Source: Patescibacteria group bacterium (lineage in GTDB: Bacteria > Patescibacteriota > Minisyncoccia > Phycocordibacterales > Phycocordibacteraceae). Taken from it: DNA of 64,000 nt. This document shows, one piece after another, positions 36,356-45,630 of the stretch. The DNA lies in contig JAJDCJ010000005.1 of the NCBI GenBank assembly GCA_029260935.1, forward strand, positions 16,073-80,072, written 5' to 3'. Positions within the stretch are counted from its first letter, which is position 1; each line of letters opens with the position of its first letter. A program made the translations under genes and the position numbers. Below the pieces are notes generated by a model. That model was not told the origin of the DNA. It saw only the letters and a list, made by a program, of their open reading frames with translations, and ran no database searches.

Positions 36356-37869
36356 CAGATTGAAACTTCTTCTGAATTGAGGACGGAAGACCGCCGCGCC
36401 GCAGGCGCGGCGGAAAGCAAATGGGCGCGCCGCTGCGCGACGAATTGGAATGGCGATGGTACCGCGAAGCGGGCGGTTTTGTCACGAACCGCATGGTTCG
36501 TTCCGATTTTTTGGACGAAGGAGGCAATTTCAGGGAAATTGTCGGATGAGGACAAAAAATCAGCTTGTTTCGTATCCAAAACCCAACTCCGCAGGGGTTC
36601 GACCCACTGGTTCTCTCCGCGTTCGCACTCTTTCTGTTTTGCTTTCAAAGTGGCGAGAGAGCGCATGGTTTTATCTTTTCTCTGGAGATAACTTTTCTTT
36701 GGTATATCCCCATCAAGATAGGTTGAGATAAGTTTCTCCATGCGCTCCTCGTCCGCTTTGATTTTGAGAGAAAGAGTGTGAACATCATTTTGCGACACTG
36801 ATTGTTCTTCCTGTTGCCATTCGTCAATTTTCGCTAACATCCAGTCGGTATAGCGGTCGCAAAGTGATAGTGTTTGAAGCCGTTCCTTGAGTTGAAAGAC
36901 GAGAATGTCCTCGCGCAAATATCCCTGTGTACACTTGCCTCTCTTTTTCGTACAGCGATAGTACCGATAAATTCCTCCATTTCCTTTGGCGAATTGTGCG
37001 GTGAACATAGAGCCACATTCCTCACAACGAAAAAGAGAGCGGAACGGAAAATCGTGATTCTTCCTGGTATTGCGAGGACATTCTCGTACTTTCAAAACTT
37101 TTTGTACGGCTTCAAACAATTGCGGAGAAACCAGTGGTTCAAAGTTTCCATCAAACCATTCACCACGATGTTTGACGAAGCCCAAGTATGCGCGATTAGT
37201 GAGAAGCCGTTTGATGGAAACTTTGGCAAGTGGCGTTCCGTTTCGAGATACCACGCCCAAATCCGCCAAAAACTGTCCCAGCGAGGTGTATGTATGCGTC
37301 CCTTTGGCGTATTCCTCAAATGCAATACGAACGATACGCGCGTTCGTGGGGTGCGGCTCGATGTTTCTGGTACGCGCATTATTCACATAGCCAAAGGGTG
37401 CGAGGTTCAACCACTCGCCACGGCGCAGTTTTTGGCGGATGCCCCGATTCACATTCTGCACCAGATTGTCTGAATAATATTTCGATTGTCCGAACGCCAC
37501 TTGCAACATAAAGAGTCCCTGCGGCGTGGGTTCAAACCAAAAGGTCGGAAAGCGCAAAGACATGATTTTCTGTGTGTCTACGGCGTATATGATACGTCCA
37601 CCATCAACGCTGTTGCGGGCGAGCCGATCAGGATGCCACGCCAAGATACCGATATTCCCTAATTCCTCGACCTTTCCCATCATTTCACCGAACACGGCTC
37701 GCCCCGGTGTCTTTGCGCTTTTCGACTCTTGAAATTCCTCAAGAATTTCAAGATTTTCTTTACGTGCAAACTCGCGTAATTCAAACAACTGCGCTTCAAT
37801 CGACATAATCTGTTTGTCGTCTTCTTCAGTCGATTTACGCGCGTATAGAAAATACTTTTGGTTTGCCAT
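36346..37869 (-). CDS. Large serine recombinase (resolvase + recombinase + Zn ribbon + coiled coil)
   Basis: YARKST, ESKSAK, DRLARN, APFGY, CEECG...YYRC...C; start at MANQK; stop lies antisense within the tRNA 3' end. Confidence 0.95.
   Translation of the reverse strand: MANQKYFLYARKSTEEDDKQIMSIEAQLFELREFARKENLEILEEFQESKSAKTPGRAVFGEMMGKVEELGNIGILAWHPDRLARNSVDGGRIIYAVDTQKIMSLRFPTFWFEPTPQGLFMLQVAFGQSKYYSDNLVQNVNRGIRQKLRRGEWLNLAPFGYVNNARTRNIEPHPTNARIVRIAFEEYAKGTHTYTSLGQFLADLGVVSRNGTPLAKVSIKRLLTNRAYLGFVKHRGEWFDGNFEPLVSPQLFEAVQKVLKVRECPRNTRKNHDFPFRSLFRCEECGSMFTAQFAKGNGGIYRYYRCTKKRGKCTQGYLREDILVFQLKERLQTLSLCDRYTDWMLAKIDEWQQEEQSVSQNDVHTLSLKIKADEERMEKLISTYLDGDIPKKSYLQRKDKTMRSLATLKAKQKECERGENQWVEPLRSWVLDTKQADFLSSSDNFPEIASFVQKIGTNHAVRDKTARFAVPSPFQFVAQRRAHLLSAAPAARRSSVLNSEEVSICAG
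36353..36483 (+). repeat. Inverted repeat A, left copy (131 bp)
   Basis: Exact reverse complement of 37918-38048. Confidence 0.95.
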
Positions 37870-37917
37870 ACTTGCTTCAATAATAACAGAGAAGCAAGTA
37901 TGCGAATACGAAACAAG

Positions 37918-38048
37918 GACAAAACCGCCCGCTTCGCGGTACCATCGCCATTCCAATTCGTCGCGCAGCGGCGCGCCCATTTGCTTTCCGCCGCGCCTGC
38001 GGCGCGGCGGTCTTCCGTCCTCAATTCAGAAGAAGTTTCAATCTGTGC
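37918..38048 (-). repeat. Inverted repeat A, right copy
   Basis: Exact reverse complement of 36353-36483. Confidence 0.95.
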
Positions 38049-38285
38049 TGACATTCTAACCTTTGCGCGAACCTTTTACGAGAACACTTAGCCGCCTCCG
38101 CTTCGCTCCGGCGGAACCACGCAGCGCCATTCTTTTTGCTTTTCCTTTTTAAAAAACACGCCGACAAAAAATTAGGAAAGCGGAAAAAAGAATGGCGCTG
38201 CTCGGTGGCGCTCCAGATGCGGCGTTGTGGCGGGGGCAACGCCGCATCTTTCGCCCAAAAGGCAAATGCAGTCTTAGGAAAAATC
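38044..38285 (+). repeat. Inverted repeat B, left copy (~242 bp, internally hairpin-rich)
   Basis: Reverse complement of 40671-40912 with about five substitutions. Confidence 0.95.
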
Positions 38286-39351
38286 AAATGTCTAAGAAAG
38301 TCGGAAGTGGACTTTTTGACTCGATGATTCCATTTGATAAGATATAATCTTGAACTGCCATGCCAATTCGTAGATACGAAAACTTTCCGTCTTCGTCAAT
38401 AAGTTCTTGTTCTGCCTCTTTGACCGAACGTGGCAAATATTCCTGTGTCAAAGCGGTTTTATAACCCTCAAGGGTATATTTTGTTGAAGCATTTTCGTCA
38501 AGATATTCAAGACTGTATCTTGCATTGTTGTCGATATCAGAATACACATAGTCAACAGAATCAAACCACATTTTCATAAACGCCTTGATCTCTGATTTCT
38601 TACTCTCTACGACACTCTTTCGTGCGACAATTCCCGTAATATCAGCAAACCCCGCATCTTCCATCGAGAAAACTGAGCGTCCACCTCGATTAAGTGTTTC
38701 AGTGAGTTGGGTCAAGCCAACAGATGCCGCATCAAGACTACCTGCTTCAGCCGCAAGAAATCCTTGATCAAGAGGGGTATCTACAATTTTTAGAGAATTG
38801 GCTGGCACATTGTTTGATGCTGCAAGAGAATAAAGCATCATGTCGAACATTGAACTTTTTTGTGCCCCAATTCTTTTAGATAAAAATTGTGCTACTTTTT
38901 CGCGGTTTTGTAGACCATTTGCGTCTAGTGTTGGTACTTCGTTTTCTCCCCGAAAAGTTACAAAAGCACCTCCCTTAAACACATATGCGGGGTACACATA
39001 TACCAATGGGTCGTTTGTTCCAGCATTTATGTTGTCCGCTTTTGTGAGGTATTCGATATAGCTGGCAAAACCAATATCAATACCTCCTCCAACAACTGCT
39101 TCCATGATGTTTTCCCAAGGTAGAGTAACGAGTTCAATATCGGTCTTATATTTTTCCTCAAGCCCCAAAGGTTCAATAGCAGCTGTCATTGCTAAATCTT
39201 GATAGGGAGATATACCAACTCGCAAAGAACCGTTCGACGACTGATTATTCAAATAAAAGAAAATTCCAACGACAATGACAGCTGCGGCGATAATGAGAAT
39301 CCATTTATACACTCCTACTTTCGCCAGAAAACTATTTTGCTCCATATCCAT
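38284..39351 (-). CDS. ABC transporter substrate-binding protein (SsuA/NMT1/TauA-like)
   Basis: N-terminal TM, LRVGISPY, class II SBP pattern; operon context. Confidence 0.8.
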   Translation of the reverse strand: MDMEQNSFLAKVGVYKWILIIAAAVIVVGIFFYLNNQSSNGSLRVGISPYQDLAMTAAIEPLGLEEKYKTDIELVTLPWENIMEAVVGGGIDIGFASYIEYLTKADNINAGTNDPLVYVYPAYVFKGGAFVTFRGENEVPTLDANGLQNREKVAQFLSKRIGAQKSSMFDMMLYSLAASNNVPANSLKIVDTPLDQGFLAAEAGSLDAASVGLTQLTETLNRGGRSVFSMEDAGFADITGIVARKSVVESKKSEIKAFMKMWFDSVDYVYSDIDNNARYSLEYLDENASTKYTLEGYKTALTQEYLPRSVKEAEQELIDEDGKFSYLRIGMAVQDYILSNGIIESKSPLPTFLDI

Positions 39352-40046
39352 ATTAAGAGATTATCGAATAATGTTGTTAAGACGCCCAAAATCGTCGTCG
39401 CTAAGAGTATAACATCCAGCGAGAAGGTTGCACGGGAAGTTTGGATAAGATAACCAAGCCCCACTTGTGAACCGAGCATTTCGGCAACAACCACAATACC
39501 CACGGCTGTCGCCAGTCCAAAACGGAGCGTTGGCAGGATTGATTCAAGAATTCGAGGGAACCACCAAATCATTGTCATTCGATCAGTTGAGAGGTTGAAC
39601 GATTTAAAAAGTATTTGGTCATGTTCTCGTGGAAACTGGACAACGTTCGCACTCGCAACTAGCACATTGATACCGAGTCCTAATGTAAGGAGAATAACCC
39701 TGCCAACTTCCGAAAATCCAAACCAGAGTAGAAAGAACGGGATGAGCGCTATCGGCGGCACAGCGCGAAGCGCATTGAATGACGGCATAAAAACTTGCAT
39801 GAACCGCAGGCGATGAATAAATAGCGCACCGAAAATACCAAAAGAAATGCCGAGGACAAGAGACACGGCGATTCTTGCCGCCGTAGCGAATGTATGCAAA
39901 AGAAGTGTGTCCTTGAGTTTAATAGCAGCATCGATAACACTTATTGGCGACGGCAAATATCGTTCGGGTACGTTAAAAATAACAACAACACCAACCCAGA
40001 CGATGAGAAGCAAAAAAATACCAATAAAGATTTTAAAATATTTCAT
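39315..40046 (-). CDS. ABC transporter permease (SsuC/TauC-like)
   Basis: LPSP, VPPIALIPFFLLWFG, VAEMLGSQVGLGYLI. Confidence 0.9.
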   Translation of the reverse strand: MKYFKIFIGIFLLLIVWVGVVVIFNVPERYLPSPISVIDAAIKLKDTLLLHTFATAARIAVSLVLGISFGIFGALFIHRLRFMQVFMPSFNALRAVPPIALIPFFLLWFGFSEVGRVILLTLGLGINVLVASANVVQFPREHDQILFKSFNLSTDRMTMIWWFPRILESILPTLRFGLATAVGIVVVAEMLGSQVGLGYLIQTSRATFSLDVILLATTILGVLTTLFDNLLIWIWSKIVFWRK

Positions 40047-40654
40047 ACGCCGTTATTTTTAATTTTCCTCAGATTAGAAAAAGGCGGCTCGCCGTCAAAC
40101 TCAAAAAACTCTGCATCGTCAATAGCAACGTTATCCGTAAAATGAGCCGTCATAATAATCGGGACCTGCGGACATTGTTCGCTTTTGAGAAAATTGAGGA
40201 GGAGGAGTCGCTTTTTTGGATCAATGTAGTTCATGGGCTCGTCGAGCAAAAACATATCGGTATCAGCAACAAAGGTTCTAAATAACTCAACGATGCGACG
40301 TTGTCCAAACGACATCTCGTATGCACGTTTATGTAATATATCCTCGACGAGCGGAAAGAGCGGGTGTGTCTTCAGTTCTTCAACCGGTCGTCGAAGGAAA
40401 ATCGTCAGATTTTCAGTACCAGTCAGCCATGGTGCCAAATTGTCATCTTGCAAAACAAGGAACGACCTTTGTGGCACCAAAAACTCATCTATTGACTTTG
40501 GCTCCAAAACACCATGCAAAATTTTTAACAATGTTGTTTTGCCAGAGCCAGACGGACCGCGAATGATACCGATTCGTTTTGACAACTCAAAATCAAAGTC
40601 TTTGAAGACAGTCGCGTGTTGGTGTGAAAAATTTACCCCTGACACTTTTACCAT
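40043..40654 (-). CDS. ABC transporter ATP-binding protein
   Basis: GPSGSGKTT, MSFGQ, LLDEP, TAH. Confidence 0.9.
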   Translation of the reverse strand: MVKVSGVNFSHQHATVFKDFDFELSKRIGIIRGPSGSGKTTLLKILHGVLEPKSIDEFLVPQRSFLVLQDDNLAPWLTGTENLTIFLRRPVEELKTHPLFPLVEDILHKRAYEMSFGQRRIVELFRTFVADTDMFLLDEPMNYIDPKKRLLLLNFLKSEQCPQVPIIMTAHFTDNVAIDDAEFFEFDGEPPFSNLRKIKNNGV

Positions 40655-40670
40655 AGTTTGAATAATACTA

Positions 40671-40912
40671 GATTTTTCCTAAGACTGCATTTGCCTTTTG
40701 GGCGAAAGACGCGGCGTTGCCCCCGCCACAACGCCGCATCTGGAGCGCCACCGAGCAGCGCCATTCTTTTTTCCGCTTTCCTCATTTTTTGTCGGCGGGT
40801 TTTTGAAAAAGGAAAAGCAAAAAGAATGGCGCTGCGAGGTTCCGCCGGAGCGAAGCGGAGGCGGCTAAGTGTTCTCGTAAAAGGTTCGCGCAAAGGTTAG
40901 AATGTCAGCACA
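40671..40912 (-). repeat. Inverted repeat B, right copy
   Basis: Reverse complement of 38044-38285. Confidence 0.95.
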
Positions 40913-41111
40913 AAAACAATGAGCCGGGCGTGATAACGCTCGGCGATTTGTTTTGTAGCGAGGAGAGGGGAATCGAAAGGCGGAGCCGGTATACAAGGCG
41001 AGGAGGGACGACGAGTGCTTGTCGGCGAGCCAGGGTCGTGAGCCGTAGAAAATTAAGGAATGAAATGACTATAATTTTCACGGACTCCTGACCGACTCCC
41101 TTATCCCGCAC
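40911..41111 (+). repeat. tRNA-3'-linked element ending in a 19-bp copy of the tRNA-Gly(UCC) 3' end
   Basis: Homologous to 32011-32199; ends CGACTCCCTTATCCCGCAC identical to 36338-36356. Confidence 0.85.
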
Positions 41112-41300
41112 CTGAAACGAAGAACATAGCGATGTAACCATTGATATGTTTGAGAGAAGGTGTGAGACAAGCTTTGCTTATCCCGCACACGAAACGAAGT
41201 TCTTGCATCGTCTCCATAAGCATCCTTGCCTCACACTAAACAAAATCCCCCGCGTACGCGGGGGATTCTACCTAAAACCTAGTGACCTAGATCCTAGTCT

Positions 41301-41573
41301 CTATTTAACTGCATCCTTAAGTGCCTTTGCTGCGCGGAATTTTGGCACACGCATTGCGGCTATCTGGATAGTCTCACCAGTTCGTGGGTTTCTACCTTGA
41401 CGCGCCGGGCGCATTTTGGTTGAGAAGATACCAAGTCCGGCAACTGATACTTCTTCGCCTGACTTAAGTTCTCCTACAATGGAGCTGATAATAGTTTCTA
41501 CTACTTCCTCGGCTTGGGTTTTTGTTCCGCCAAGGACTGTTTGCACTTTTTGTGCGAGATCTGCTTTGTTCAT
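41301..41573 (-). CDS. hup: DNA-binding protein HU
   Basis: MNKADL, RQGRNPRTGETIQI, PKFRAAKALKDAVK. Confidence 0.97.
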   Translation of the reverse strand: MNKADLAQKVQTVLGGTKTQAEEVVETIISSIVGELKSGEEVSVAGLGIFSTKMRPARQGRNPRTGETIQIAAMRVPKFRAAKALKDAVK

Positions 41574-41667
41574 ACCACTGTTGTTATTACTAATATAAGT
41601 ACAAAATCATTATATATCGCGGTATTTTGTGCGCAACCCCTTAAAAAGGTTTGACTTTTATTCCAAC

Positions 41668-43848
41668 TTATTTTTTATTTCTCTTAGTAATCCATGCCTC
41701 ATACTCTTTAATAACAAGACGAGCTGATTCTTCGGCAGAAAGGTTACTAGTGTCAATCACGAGGTCAAACGGCTGGGTGTTTAAAATATCAATACCATAC
41801 AACTCCTGATAACGGCGTTTTTTACTCTCCTGTCGCATACGTGCATTGTGTTTGATATGCTCAATGGAAGCATCTTCTTCTGCCATACGCCCCTCTTCAT
41901 GAATACTTTGGTGTATGCGCTGTGCTACTAAATCATCAGAAACGGTCACGAACACCTTAAACGAGCGCTGTATCCAGTGGTAGGCAAGGCGCGAGTCAAT
42001 AACGAGATGATTTTCCTTAACGCCAAGTTCTTGAACAATCTCATCAATTTCTCTATCAATAGAAGGGTCCGCTTCTGCTTTTTCAGTAAGCTCATTTACA
42101 GACACGTTACGGTTTTCTGCAACCGATCTAAAAATGTCACCCGCCGAAAAGAGTTGGTACCTGAGTCGCCGGGCAAGTGCTCTGCCTATACTTGAGGCAC
42201 CAGCACCGTGTGTACCCGTTATAGTAATAATTTCCTTTTTTGTTCTTTGTATTACTTCTGTATCTTCTTTTTTTAATTGCTTTAAGATTCTGCCAACAGT
42301 ATGGGAACCCAAGCGCGCGACACTTTTTTCATGTCGTTTAATACTTTGTGTCTGAAAAATACCATACCCTAACACAGCAACCATAGGGAAGAGTGAGGCA
42401 AATGCGATGAGCCCAAACCCGTCAATAAGCGGGTCTCGGCCGGGAATACTTGAGGCAAGTCCCAAACCAAGTGCCGCCACAATAGGCACGGTGACCGTTG
42501 ACGTGGTGACGCCACCTGAGTCATAAGCAATAGGCACGGTTGTTTTTGGAGCGAAAAATGTAAGAATGACAACCACACTGTACCCGATGGCGAGGTACCA
42601 CACAATTGAGTCGCCGTTAATGATGCGGTATGCGCCAAGCAAGATACCTATTCCCACGCCGGACGCAACGGCAATGCGCAGAACAAATGAACGTATCGCG
42701 CCAGCACTTAAGAGCTCAGCTTTGTTCGCAATCGCCGTTAACGCTGGCTCAGCAATAGTGGTGGCAAAACCGATAGTGAAAGCGAAGAGATAGATAAGGA
42801 AAATGTTTCCCTTTACGGCAAGTGCTACTGCAATCGTCTCGCCAACAGGAAAGAGCCCAAGTTCAAGACCAACAACAAACGCATACAGTCCTAAAATAAC
42901 AAGAATAAATCCAAAGACATGAGTTATCGGAGAGGTGAGAGGTTTTCTGATAACTACCAAATAGAAAAAGAGAACCGTGAGTATAATCGGTGTCACGTCA
43001 CCTATAGTTGCAACGAACTGTGTAAGGTATGGAGTAAACGATGATGAGGCAAAAAATGCCACTGCCGCCTGCATTGACTGCGCCGCAGACCCAACAAGCG
43101 TGGCGCCTGAGAGCGAAGTAGCACTGATAACACCCGAGTACGCAACAACTCCGTAGAGTTGCACAAAAATCATCGGCAGTAGTGAAGCAAAAGCAATTAA
43201 CCCAAAGCCATCTATGATGGGGTTTCTGTTTTTTAAACTTGAGGCAACGCCAATACCTAAAGCCGCGATCAGTGGCACGGTGACCGTTGACGTGGTGACG
43301 CCACCTGAGTCGTATGCCAGTCCCACAATTTCCTGCGGTGCAAAATAGGTAACCGTCAGTGCAATAACGTAGCCGGAAATTATATACCAATGAATAGGGT
43401 GGTTGAGAAAAATACGAACAACACCGATGACAATTGCTACCCCCACAGAAAATGCCACGACAAGGCGAAGTATGAGTGCATCAATCTGTCCGTCGCTAAT
43501 AACTGCCGCTTTGTGGGCAATAGCCAACAAAGCGGGTTCTGCAATGGTGGTGGCAAAGCCAATAACAAACGCAAAAATAAGAACCCAAAACCTACGCTTT
43601 GAAGAAGCGAGTTGTGTGGCAAGATTTTCCCCAAGAGGGAAGACTCCCATTTCAAGTCCACGCATAAAAAGAGCAAGCCCGATACCAACAATTGCCAGCC
43701 CGAGCACCATGCTTGGTAAATTATCGGGAGTTGTTCGCAATATAACGAACTGGAAAAAAGCAATGACTCCGATAATAACGGTAAGGTCTAGAAATGATCT
43801 ACGAATATCGCCGACAAAGGTATAAAAATGCTTCTTGAGCTTCGGCAT
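41668..43848 (-). CDS. Tandem DUF1538 membrane domains fused to a cytidylate-kinase-like domain
   Basis: Two (TTIAEPAL...AYDSGGVTTSTVTVP...DGFGLIAFASL) repeats; C-terminal ITITGTHGAGASS, SAGDIFR, IDSRLA, FDLVIDTS. Confidence 0.85.
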   Translation of the reverse strand: MPKLKKHFYTFVGDIRRSFLDLTVIIGVIAFFQFVILRTTPDNLPSMVLGLAIVGIGLALFMRGLEMGVFPLGENLATQLASSKRRFWVLIFAFVIGFATTIAEPALLAIAHKAAVISDGQIDALILRLVVAFSVGVAIVIGVVRIFLNHPIHWYIISGYVIALTVTYFAPQEIVGLAYDSGGVTTSTVTVPLIAALGIGVASSLKNRNPIIDGFGLIAFASLLPMIFVQLYGVVAYSGVISATSLSGATLVGSAAQSMQAAVAFFASSSFTPYLTQFVATIGDVTPIILTVLFFYLVVIRKPLTSPITHVFGFILVILGLYAFVVGLELGLFPVGETIAVALAVKGNIFLIYLFAFTIGFATTIAEPALTAIANKAELLSAGAIRSFVLRIAVASGVGIGILLGAYRIINGDSIVWYLAIGYSVVVILTFFAPKTTVPIAYDSGGVTTSTVTVPIVAALGLGLASSIPGRDPLIDGFGLIAFASLFPMVAVLGYGIFQTQSIKRHEKSVARLGSHTVGRILKQLKKEDTEVIQRTKKEIITITGTHGAGASSIGRALARRLRYQLFSAGDIFRSVAENRNVSVNELTEKAEADPSIDREIDEIVQELGVKENHLVIDSRLAYHWIQRSFKVFVTVSDDLVAQRIHQSIHEEGRMAEEDASIEHIKHNARMRQESKKRRYQELYGIDILNTQPFDLVIDTSNLSAEESARLVIKEYEAWITKRNKK

Positions 43849-43905
43849 TACCTATAGAGTCGCATACAATTCCCTAAAAACAAACTTTTCGCTTTTGTGT
43901 TTGTT

Positions 43906-45435
43906 TTATCGGGCAAACTCAATTGAGCGCTGTTCGCGAATAACGTTTACTTTGATTTCGCCAGGGTATTTTAATTCACTTTGAATACGGTTTGCTACAT
44001 TTCGTGCAAGTTCGCGCGCCTCTAGATCAGATATTTTCTCTGGCTGTACAAAAATACGCACTTCACGTCCTGCCTGGATAGCATATGATTTTTCTACCCC
44101 TTCAAAACTTGTCGCAATGTTTTCAAGATCGTTGAGACGCTCTAGATACCGCTCTACACTGTCGCGACGTGCACCGGGACGCCCTCCTGAGATGGCGTCA
44201 GCAACTTGTACAATAACCGACTCAATAGTTTCATACGGATATTCTTCATGGTGGGCCTGCATTGCTTGAATAATAGGTTTTTCTACACCAAACTTTTCAA
44301 GAATACGCCTGCCGATTTCAACATGAGTTCCTTCAACGTTGTGGTCCACCGCTTTTCCAATATCATGCAAAAGTGCCCCTGCTTTGGCCACCCCAACATC
44401 GGCGCCAAGTTCTGAGGCGAGCATACCTGAAATGTGTGCCATTTCAATTGAATGTTGTAGGACGTTCTGTCCGTAGGACGTTCTGAAGTAGAGACGCCCC
44501 AAAATATCCATAAGGCGTGGGTCTAAACTATGAAGTCCACACTCATAGGCAGCCGCTTCTGCCTTTTCTTTTATAGTAGAGGCAACTTCTTCTTTTGCTT
44601 TTTTAACTGTCTCCTCAATTTTAGCCGGCTGAATACGCTGGTCTACAATAAGGTTTTCAAGTGCAATGCGTGCAATATGCCTGCGCACAGGATCAAAAGA
44701 AGAGAGTGTGATCATGCCGGGGGTGTCGTCAACCAACACGTCAACTCCTGTTGCTCTCTCAAATGCCTTTATATTTCGTCCTTCTTTTCCAATAATCTTT
44801 CCTTTAATGTCATCGCTCGGTAGAGGCACCGATGTTGAGAGTAGTTCATTGTTGACGGCGTTTCCATACCGCTGAATAACCGTAGTGAGAATTTCTTTCG
44901 CTTTTTCCTCAAAGCGTTCCTTGCCTTCAATATCAAGTTTCTGAAGTCGTACCGCAATATCGTCTTCGTGGTTTTTGCGTAGCGACTGAAACAGCTCTTC
45001 TTTCGCATCCTCTTCCGTCAGATGCGCTACTTTTTCAAGCGCATGCTCGCGCTCTTCTACCAATTTCTCAGAGGCGTCTTTAATGGCACGCACCTCTTTA
45101 ATTTGTTCTTTTATACGCTCAGCTTCTTTGTCAACGTCTATCTGTCGTTTATCAAGATATGCTTCTTTTTCAACAATACGCCGATCTTTTACTAACAAGT
45201 TCTCCTCTTTTTGTTTAAACTCGGCGCGCAGAACCTCTTCAGTTCCCTCAACTTTTTTACCTGCAACGTCAATAATGTTTTTAGCTTCCTCTTTTGCCTC
45301 AAGCAGCATTTGCTTGATTTCTAGTTCAACGGAACCTTTTTGTCCCAACGAAACAATCCATCGGAGAAAGTATCCGACGGCGATGCCCACGATGCCTGCA
45401 AAGGCAAGGAGCACAAGTATTAATTTAAATGACAT
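43906..45435 (-). CDS. rny: Ribonuclease Y
   Basis: TM + coiled coil, KGKIIGKEGRNI (KH), LLHDIGKA (HD), RPGARR. Confidence 0.97.
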   Translation of the reverse strand: MSFKLILVLLAFAGIVGIAVGYFLRWIVSLGQKGSVELEIKQMLLEAKEEAKNIIDVAGKKVEGTEEVLRAEFKQKEENLLVKDRRIVEKEAYLDKRQIDVDKEAERIKEQIKEVRAIKDASEKLVEEREHALEKVAHLTEEDAKEELFQSLRKNHEDDIAVRLQKLDIEGKERFEEKAKEILTTVIQRYGNAVNNELLSTSVPLPSDDIKGKIIGKEGRNIKAFERATGVDVLVDDTPGMITLSSFDPVRRHIARIALENLIVDQRIQPAKIEETVKKAKEEVASTIKEKAEAAAYECGLHSLDPRLMDILGRLYFRTSYGQNVLQHSIEMAHISGMLASELGADVGVAKAGALLHDIGKAVDHNVEGTHVEIGRRILEKFGVEKPIIQAMQAHHEEYPYETIESVIVQVADAISGGRPGARRDSVERYLERLNDLENIATSFEGVEKSYAIQAGREVRIFVQPEKISDLEARELARNVANRIQSELKYPGEIKVNVIREQRSIEFAR

Positions 45436-45458
45436 AATATTTCAACTCCCTTTATGAG

Positions 45459-45630
45459 TTGAAACTTCTTTTTACGGTACTGCCGAAAAATTTACGAAAT
45501 GATACACCTAGGATAGGCGGATAAAGATAAACATTCTTGAATATGCGCTCTGATATACGGACATAGCTCTAGTTTCAATTTTTGGTTGGATCATTTTAGT
45601 ATACGTCTTCAGGAGTAACAGGAGTTTCAA
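45459..45630 (-). ncRNA. Candidate 6S-like rod-shaped RNA / rny leader
   Basis: Nested pairings TTGAAACT/AGTTTCAA, CTGAAGA/TTTTCGG, AAATGAT/ATCATTT, central bubble, TTGAA/TTCAA apical stem; TATAGT upstream. Confidence 0.45.

Larger units (their letters stand above)
36353..40912. mobile_element. Integrated element at tRNA-Gly(UCC): recombinase plus ABC transporter, double inverted-repeat architecture
   Basis: Common GCACA core at both junctions and at the internal joined site 38044-38048. Confidence 0.85.

Noticed and set aside
37870-37980. N-terminal extension of the recombinase ORF (MGAPLRD...)
   Set aside because: Derived largely from inverted repeat A; catalytic domain starts at MANQKYFLYARKS.
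37858-38091. 77-aa plus-strand ORF as an independent gene
   Set aside because: It is the duplicated recombinase C-terminus in repeat A/B; treated as a silent alternative tail.
36338-41111. 19-bp tRNA 3' duplication as the island's attR
   Set aside because: Equivalent fragments end the tail elements of tRNAs with no island; the recombinase junction maps to GCACA at 40908-40912.
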